Positions 55,467-64,000 of a DNA stretch of 64,000 nucleotides are shown in pieces. Position 1 is the first letter of the stretch. Every line of letters begins with the position of its first letter. The notes beneath the pieces are model-generated. The model did not search any database, had not been told where the DNA came from, and saw only the letters and a list, made by a program, of their open reading frames with translations. The position numbers and the translations under genes were made by a program. Where the stretch lies: NCBI GenBank assembly GCA_000320545.1, contig ADNK01001384.1, positions 43,936 through 107,935 on the forward strand, given 5' to 3'. Source of the stretch: Bigelowiella natans CCMP2755 (Eukaryota > Protista > Cercozoa).

Positions 55467-57947
55467 GTTGTTTGCTACTTATAGCTTTGGGTAGGACATA
55501 GTGACGGGAGAAGAAAGGTATATTGTTCGGTTAGCTTTTCCAACACTACCTCCTGACGAGCTTTGGATGCACGTTCCGGGCAACCCGGCCGTCCATGCAG
55601 ATTACGGTGTCGAGAAACAGATCACCATCGCAGCTATCACCGCCTTTTTCAGCTTCAGCATCTTCTTTCATTAGAATGCATGGGACCCACTCTCCATCGC
55701 CGCCGCTCGGCTCGATGTGCGCGGGGAGATGTCCTGACAGTTGTGAATGTTCAATTTTCGATTGGATGCTCATCAACAGCTTTGTAGCTATTGTGCAAGT
55801 AACGGGAGCTGTTACTTATTGGCGAAAAGTGAATGCGATTAGTAGGTAAAAATTATGAAAAATACCATCGTCGTCGAGAACTGCAAGGGCAGTTGGGCCC
55901 CTCGGTGCAAATTCTCCGCAGGATCTTTCGTAGATTTTGCCATCTTTTACCAGGATTTGCATGACCATCGTTCCTCCTTCCTCCGATGAGAACCACGCAG
56001 AGGCAATTTCTTGCTTGTCTGGTGGCGCGAGGATGGCGACGTGGCGTTCGTACGTTTGAGAATACAAAATGATGCGGCTCTTGGTGGCCTGTTGTGGAAT
56101 GGGGTTCCGGAGATAAAATCACTGCTCAGAAATGGGATTGTAGTAAGGCAATGGTGATGATAAGAAATGGGATTGTAGTAAGGCAATGGTGATGATAAGA
56201 AATGGCAAGGATTATTCTTTTGTAGCTCTCACCGCGAGAACGAGTTGGGTCTTGGAAACTGCATTCTTCCCCTGTTCCTTCTCATCGCTACCCCCACCCG
56301 GAGACATAATGTCGACAGCAACGAAGTGCTCTCCAGGGGTGTCGAGACGAAGCGAACCCCCGCTATTTTGGGTCGCAACAACGCTCCATGGATAAATGTT
56401 GGCCATTTCCTCTCCGTTCACACTAACAGACACGTATTCAGTGGAGGGAGAATCCACGTCGCTCGATGTTGCGAGCGCCGCCCGTAGGTCACCAGAAGAA
56501 GCTGTTTTTAGCTCCTTTTTCGCCGAGGCAGCTGCTGCACCAGATGCGGTGGCTCTCCAGCGTGAGTCTGTATGTCCTTCCAGCGTCGACTTCTTGGCAA
56601 CGGCGAGCTCACTTGGGATGAGTTCTGCGTCGAAGAACGTCGACGCGAAACCCTCCGCCAACGAGGTTGTAGTGCCTGCACGATGTAGATGCGTGCATGT
56701 GTGAATGTAAAACACGACCAGTCACATCCGGGGGGGGATGGGGGGGGGCGGGTTAGGGAGAAGGGGTGGCAACGGCAGTATTCCTACATTCGTCATTGTA
56801 ACTAGCAGTTCGCTTTCTCTCACTCGTTCCTATTTTGAATATGTGCTCCAAACTCCTCCTCCTCCTCCTCCTCCTCCTCCTCCAAACTCCTCCTCCTCCT
56901 CCTCCTCCTCCTCCTCCTCCTCCTCTCCCTCCTCCCCCTTCTTCTCCTGCTGCTGCGCTCACACTAACCACCACCATCACCACCACTACCACTACTGTTA
57001 CTACTACTCTAACTACTCTACTGAAAATAATGCTACATTTGGCTCGGTACGCGGCCGACACAGCAGCGTTGGTAGGCAACAAGCAGATCGTATCCTCCTG
57101 AAGAGGGCGATGAGGAAGATGATGATATTCAAGGTCTTTGGATGAATATAGGTGATGATACGTGTTTTACCCTTTTCTTCTCGGAAGTTGTGCCCGCAAA
57201 CATCTTCAGATGGATACCCTCTCCTTTCTCGCGCTCTGCCTTGGCAGCAACGAGAGCTTCTAATTTTTTGATGCCACGGTCATCACCAACCGCTTGCATC
57301 TGCCCCCCAACCATAAACCTGGGGAAGAAGAAGAAGGTCAAAGATAATGGCGGAAAGCAATAGAAATGTGAAAAGTCGCCGGGGAAAGGTTATAGATCAT
57401 TGACACCAGGGAAAAAAAACAAATAGTTTCGAAATAATTCGAGTTCCTATGGTAAGTAGCAGAACCCGCGGCCGTATGGAAAGAGGACCTCCTCTTTACC
57501 ATCTTTCTTGCGCGATGACAGGGCGTATCTAAGGGGGGGGGCAAGTGGAGCAGATTTTGGATGATAGTGGTGTGATAATGGTGATGGTGATGACAATGGA
57601 CGAGATTACGATGATAAGGTGGGAACCGAGGAATTAGGTATCTCTTTCTTTTCATATGGCTCACATGATCTTATGCTGTATGTATATATTCCAACTACGT
57701 GGTACCCCTTTCCGTACGCCGTCGAGACACATTTGAAGCTACCAGGTAGGAGAATACTGTCCGCACGCGAGAAGCAAAAGCCTGATTATAATTGTTGAGC
57801 ATCAGATGCAAACAATTGGGTGATTACTGCCACTATCCCTAATGGAGAACAACACACACACAATGCAGGCTGGGCGCTGCTGGTATGAAGATGTGTACAA
57901 ACAACCTTTGCCTGCTTTCGACTGAGTACCGTAGTATGGACTTGCAT

Positions 57948-57982
<35 letters not shown>

Positions 57983-58923
57983 ATTCGCGTGCGTGCTTAT
58001 TCTTCTATTTCTAAACTTTCAACATCCCTCTCATTCCTTAACTTCATAAGCACTATCCCCCCCCCCTCCCTCCTCCTTCTCCTAGATAAAACATACCTTG
58101 AGGCAATCGCCTTCCTTCCCCTCTATCTCGACACAATACCATAAACCCTGTCCACATCCGATGCGTGGTCCAATGTACCTTCGCATCCACATATTATTAA
58201 TCACTAAAAAGTAGACTAAAGAATTGGGATTAGAGATAGCAACCTGACAATGCCTGCAGCCTTGAATGCGACTAGTACTGGATCGCCGACGCAACACTTT
58301 TGCCCTTTCAAGTTCGGCTGATTATAAGAACCAGTTAAAGAAGAAGAAAGTGTGTCGTTAGAATTGCAAATATTGAGGCCAATTGCGTTGTCTATCATGC
58401 CTGTGGGTCTACGGACTTCCATTATATCCTCATTTATCGCCAAAACAAGGGTTATTTATTGTTACCGTGTCTCCTGAAGTCCATGGGGCTATCTCGTACG
58501 CAGTGACTTTGACTTTCTCACCGGTGTCAAACCGGACCAGATATCTGTCAAAATGAAATCACAGTCAGATTTATACTTCCTTTTCTTCATCCCCCCCTCC
58601 CTTTTCTTCTTATAAGGCCTCTACCTGCATTCGCCCTCTTTAGCTACTTCAACAAGGGTTCCCAGATCTCCCGTAACGACTCGAGTCGCTCCTTTCGCAT
58701 CCTTAACCGATTGAAGAGCTTCCACGCGCATTCCTGAAGGTATGTATGATTTGTTTAGACAAAAAAACTCAATAATGGGATGGTCCCAGCCAGGCATTTG
58801 CAGCTCCCCGTGCGATTTGCGAAGAATGCTATGTACTCGCAACGCAAGTCATCATTCGTTTCTTAGATTATCATACATACCAGGAATTATTTCTGGGGTA
58901 GGCGGGCTGGAATCTCCCTCCAT
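36115..58923 (-). CDS. Giant (~6,300 aa, ~20 exons) DUF3638/DUF3645 protein: SH3/Tudor-like and LamG-like repeats, putative cysteine protease, EF-hands, SF2-like P-loop ATPase, C-terminal UBA
   Basis: The 3026-aa and 1522-aa ORFs and the intervening ORFs are bounded by GT/AG sites; junctions checked at 55866, 55550 and 55151 keep frame. Motifs: MGAGKTT (41521), DEVDLILHP (41121), RLKLAIPFVGKDKPSESSEFAHPD (DUF3645), FSGTP, QGAFRMR, EF loops DTDENGVLSPSE and DMNRDGNISFGE, UBA LLQMGF..AIEDAI..LLTWL. The 5'-most exons are less certain. Confidence 0.8.
56128..56205. repeat. 35-bp tandem duplication inside an intron
   Basis: AGAAATGGGATTGTAGTAAGGCAATGGTGATGATA twice, plus the start of a third copy. 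Confidence 0.9.
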
Positions 58924-59070
58924 TCTTCGGTCTGAGAGGAGCGTGAACACGGGGAGGGGGGTGGCTTCGTTGTAGTCTCTTCTTCGTTCGGACAAGATGA
59001 ACTATGGCTCAACAAATATCTTAGTTCCGGAATCCCGGCTCTAATCCCGGCTAAATAACGATTTAATTAG

Positions 59071-60430
59071 TCGGCAATTCATTTTGATGTGTTGCAATCT
59101 AGATCTAGATCTAGTTTGGATTCACAATCTCGAGCGATGCAACCGATGAAACCCGTTCGTTGTTCTTGTCGCAACGCAGCGGTGCCCTTGTTCGTCACGC
59201 TGCGGATGATGAATGCTTGTGCTTCCAGAATGGGTGCTCATTTGTCGCTGATGGCAAATGTGCAGGAAGTAGTCTTCAGTCTGTCCCATGTGTTTGCGCG
59301 AATGCTTTGTCGCAAAACAAAAACCCCCCTTGCAGAGAAAGCTCAGGGAAGCGGAGGAACGTGGCAGGAAGCGGGTGGGAACACACATCCATGGAGGACA
59401 TCTAGAATGTTGCAACAATGGATGAGTCAGCATGCCTGGTGATCCTTTTGATCAATTCATTCATTCAGGTTGCTCTTGTTGGGGGAGAACGCCAGAACGT
59501 CTAGAACGTGCCAGCGTGCTAGCGTGGATGAGTCAGCACGTCTGATGATCTTGCGATTCGTTCTGGCATTGCTAGGTTGCTAGCTAGAACTAGAGAAGCT
59601 GGATTGCACAGGAACTGCTTCACATCATTCATAGTTCATTCCACGTTTTCATTCATGCATTCATTCATTCACTTGTTCGAGGTTGCAGCAATTCCAATGA
59701 GCGCCAAAGAAGGTGACGATGCTGCAGACAAGGCCAGCAGGCTAGCAGGCAAGCTAGCAGGGTGATGAGGTGGGGAAGGGCTTAGAGGGCTAGAAGGGGC
59801 TAGCTAGCTAGGGGTCCATGCTAGCATGCAAGCATGTCAGGTTAGCACTGCACAAGCAGGCTAGCAGGCTAGCAGGGCAAGCTAGCTCTAGCTAGCTATG
59901 CAGAGGGGGTGGCATGGCGAGGATGACCACCACCAGCTAGCCAGACCGGGCTAGCTAGCTAGCGGGGAAGAACGTTTCGAGGCTAGAAGTCTAGAAGTGG
60001 ATTGCTAGATTAACAGATTGGCGATGCGTGCCAGCTAGCCAGCCAGCGTGGATGATGTCCAAAATGCATGCCAGCATGCTCTAGATGCTAGCATGGCTAG
60101 CTAGCTAGATGGAGCATGCTAGCATGGTGGTTCATGATTCTGCAGTACATCGCTGTCATGCCTGCATCGCACTGCACATGGTCACACAAGGCTAGAAGGG
60201 CTAGAAATGGTGCTGCGCAGCAGCAGCAGCACCACTCTCTAGCTCTGCACACACGCTTTGTTCATCGTCAACACACCTGTTGCTGGTCAAAGGCTGGGAT
60301 GCACATGATGGTGGGCATGTTGGCTTGAAAAATAGACATGGAGTGATGTTTCGACAACGGAGGTGTTTTTGGATTGATTCTCGATTCTTTCGGTCAAAAT
60401 TCGGTCGCGCAGCTGAAGTTGGTCTCCAAA
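59071..60430. other. TpA-depleted, CTAG-rich intergenic island 2 with degenerate internal repeats
   Basis: Hand count over ~1360 bp: about 39 CTAG but only 8 other TpA. Both flanks contain ordinary TTAA/ATAA. GGATGAGTCAGCA is repeated at ~59420 and ~59526. Confidence 0.85.
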
Positions 60431-61139
60431 TTAAACTAGTTGAAATGCCACGAGCATTTCATAGCCTTGCGACCAGCAATCATTCTTCGTCGCAAACAAA
60501 TTTTAATTTCTTGTCCACAACATTCAGACTTCCGTTATTTTTTCGATCATCCTCTCCCGAAAGCGTAATTTCATTAGAATTACTTCGTCCCGTTCTCATC
60601 AGCCGTCGTCATTGATTGTCGCGGTGTGCCCTAATTTATCGTTCTTACTTTCCTTACCTCCTTTTTTCGATGGAACTTCATTCCCATCTATCGTCTTGGG
60701 TCTCATAGTCTTTTCGACGATTAGGACATCAGCTTTCTCTTCTCCTAAGGAATCGTAGTGAGATAATGATATTGATTATTTATTTTCGGAGGAAATACTA
60801 GAGAGAAAGAAAGAAAGGAAACTCAAGAGAAACCTGATTGTAGCTGCTGCCTCTGCTGTTTCTTTGCTTCCATTCGCTTTTGGCTGATGGATTTTAGAAG
60901 ATGACGGAATCGGACAAACCACACGAAATCACAGACAATAACTTAAATTATCCATGTACTAACAATACATTATATTATGTGTCTATACATACGTTCGTGT
61001 GCGCGTATGTATTCTTCAGTGTCGATTTTTACAAAATAACAGTACGAATACTTTTAATAATTAACAAAAGACTACTACAACTACTACGACTACTACTACT
61101 TACCGAAGCCAATCCTTCACCCCCCCCCCCCCCCCTGCC

Positions 61140-61762
61140 TTATCGCCTCTTCGGTTCCTTCCTGTTGCTGAGAAGGGTAGCAGCGGGAAGAAAATCTAAC
61201 CTTATATGACTTGAAACGATGATTTTGTTTTTTAAAAAGATTCCCCCAAAAGCGGTAGAATGGATATCATTTTCACGCAAACGCCAATTAGTGCTGTTTC
61301 ACACCAATTTTACACGTTTTCCTCTTCTCACTCGCAGGCGCGGTAGAAACGTCGAAGCAGCAACTGCTGCAGGATTATCATTCAAGGCACGTATTCACAC
61401 ACCCGATCTCGCTCGCCGTACGCCCCCCCCTGTGGAGGCAGATGCGCCACCGTTCCTACCTTTGCCGGGCCTTGAATTGATTATGTGTGATGTGTGTATT
61501 GTAGTGTCACGAGCACGATAGTTAGGAGGATAGAAATGTGGATGAGAAAGAGGTTGATAATAAAGAAGATGATAATGTATTTGCAAATAACTACGTACTT
61601 GCTCTTGCTCCGTCTTAATGCCGTGGAGGAGGAGGTTGGAGAAGCAGAAGGCGACACTGCTGGAGAACCTACTGCCACCTATTTTATACGCCAACAAATA
61701 TTTGCAAATATCGCACCACACACACACACACACACACACACACCCACACATACACACACATA

Positions 61763-61793
<31 letters not shown>

Positions 61794-61884
61794 CAGAGAA
61801 AGAGGGGAAGAGAGTGAGTGAAAGAGATATAATAAATATAAATACACACACACACACACATACACAGACAGACACACACACACA

Positions 61885-61966
<82 letters not shown>

Positions 61967-61971
61967 TTCTT

Positions 61972-62006
<35 letters not shown>

Positions 62007-62342
62007 TGTACGCCGTCTTATATTCAACATATCGCAGGCATCAGTTGCAGTTTACCACCTACCCCGTTAAGCGTCTCCTCATACTTCCTACGCATTACTT
62101 TTGGCAGCCTCTCCACAAACACATCAATATCCGCCTGATCGTATCAGTCATTCTATAGCCACTGTTGCTTGCTAGAATGTCAGATGCTGGAAGACATACC
62201 TCCAAGCCTCTTCCCCCTTCAGGCTTGACCTCCTCTACTCTTTGTTCTACTGGGGAGGAGGAGGAGGAGGAGGGAGGGGGAGGGGAACCGCCTTTGCCTC
62301 CTGTCGCCTCCTTTGAGTCCACAGCTGCAATTAAGGTCAAGC

Positions 62343-62383
<41 letters not shown>

Positions 62384-62474
62384 TATACATATATAGTATT
62401 GGGAAGCTTTCATACTTATTTGTGGTTAATTTGATGTTTCGCCGATGCTCATCATCATCATTATCATCATCTGT

Positions 62475-62506
<32 letters not shown>

Positions 62507-62896
62507 CTTCTCTCTTAAGCTATTGCGGACCTTTTGCGGTGCGCCCCCTCCTACCTCCTCCTCCTCCTCCTCCTCCTCCTCCTCCTTCTCTTCGTCTTTC
62601 TCGTTCTGTTGTGACTTTATCCTCCTCCTCCTCCTCCTCCTCCTCCTCCTCCTTCTTTCCTAATTGTCCGGGTACAGCCCTGATGTGATTCGGGTCATAC
62701 CGTCAAGCGTAACAATCGCAGCAGCAGCAGTAGCAGTAAGGTTACGAGCAGTAGCAAGTAGCAGAAAAAGAAATGCATTCTAAACACAAAAGATAGGGTG
62801 GACTTGGATGTGTTGGATTAATACAACGGCGCTCTGAAACTAAATGTTGGAAGGTGTTACCTCCTCCTTTTCCCCCCCACAAACTAATAACTAGTT

Positions 62897-62930
<34 letters not shown>

Positions 62931-63507
62931 GAGTCCTATCACCTTTTCAGAGCCACAAGCGCACGTATCGATTCCGACCGGGTCTGCAAGGGAAGGGGGG
63001 AGGAAGAGGAGGAGGAAATGACGATGGTGCTAATGAATATAAAGAGAAGGATTTCATCCAAACAGATAAACACATACATATGCAAGCAAGCGAAAATCAG
63101 AACTGTTTGCCATTCCAACCCCCCCCAATTCCTTCCCGACTAATCACATATGCATTCCTTATTGCCTTTGCATCGGAGTCGTCCACGCCACGACGGATAA
63201 GTTCTATTGGATGTTGGTCAACAAATTAGGGTGATATTCCGTTGGGGACATTTCAGCTTGCTCTTACGCGGTGATGCCCCCACTACCGACAGCACCGCCA
63301 CCATCAGTCATTCTGGCAAGCCCATAACATCCGAAGGGATTTTACCAAGGAATCGCTTTCTTGTTTCGGGGGCCGTAGGGCCCCTTTCCAGCGTGCCTTC
63401 ACTTACAATTGCGAGTGGGCAAAGAATGATGATGATGATGGTGATGATGATGATGATAATGATGAGGAAGGTAAAGATCATGCTGCAACCAGACTGAAAG
63501 CATCAGC

Positions 63508-63547
<40 letters not shown>

Positions 63548-64000
63548 TTATATTATATGAATACAATATAGATCAAATCCGTCCGCCACCCTTGGCATAA
63601 TCATCGTCGGGTGTTAGCCAACTATTCCCCCCCCCCCCAAAACCTTATGTTTACTATGGTGCCATATGACTATGACTTTCTTTCCCAGGGGCAAGGGAGG
63701 AGCAGTGCAGCAAGGGGTGTTTCTCATTCGAGCTATTAAAGCTTCTCAACCGATCCTCCGGAATCTATCTATCTTCAGCAGCTGCTTATAAGTATGTGTT
63801 CTTCAGAGTGAAAGAAATTAGAAATGATAGTAATAATGATAATGATAATCATGATAAATTGGGATGTTTGCTGCACGTGGGAAGTACTTGCTTATGGTAG
63901 ATGCCGACGGAGCAGCGGAAATAATGTCAAAGAATCCAAGTAGCTACACATCTATGATACACCAAATGGAGCATATAGGCCAAAACGAGGCCCGATTATC
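61140..64000 (-). CDS. 3' exons of an uncharacterised low-complexity protein gene, probably continuing beyond the window
   Basis: AG/GT-bounded open segments on the minus strand: [10 protein letters not shown]...GRGLE (~62325-62200), [24 protein letters not shown] (~62134-62063), [10 protein letters not shown]...RRSKS (~61678-61598), separated by microsatellite-containing introns. No recognisable domain. Confidence 0.4.

Noticed and set aside
55813-55866. Apparent in-frame TAA in the giant gene suggesting readthrough or a variant genetic code
   Set aside because: It falls inside a short GT-AG intron (DDD|APVTC) that restores the frame.

Overview
Eukaryotic (protist) nuclear DNA, gene-dense, with short GT-AG introns that very often contain microsatellites. 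Signal-peptide + transit-like N-termini and a flagellar docking-complex gene suggest a flagellated alga with a complex plastid, possibly a chlorarachniophyte (inference only). Genes reconstructed by hand across introns, in order: protein arginine methyltransferase (+), TRM11-like tRNA methyltransferase (-), outer dynein arm docking complex ODA1/CCDC114-like (+), two-exon HECT E3 ligase (-), intronless bacterial-type fused Fe-S L-serine dehydratase (+), CH-CH-filamin-SH3BGR protein (-), Cof-type HAD hydrolase (+), PHO80/U-type cyclin (+), GDA1/CD39 apyrase (+), a ~23 kb gene for a ~6,300 aa DUF3638/DUF3645 protein (-), and the 3' part of an uncharacterised gene (-). The most unusual signal is non-coding. 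Two sharply bounded ~1.4 kb intergenic islands (25966-27355 and 59071-60430) almost lack TpA except inside CTAG and are rich in TpG/CpA. This is the footprint expected of a targeted, context-dependent A-to-G hypermutation process, opposite in direction to fungal RIP. The giant protein also carries an apparently intact His-Asn-Cys (CE-clan-like) protease module together with an SF2-like ATPase, LamG, EF-hand and UBA domains. All exon boundaries and counts are by eye.
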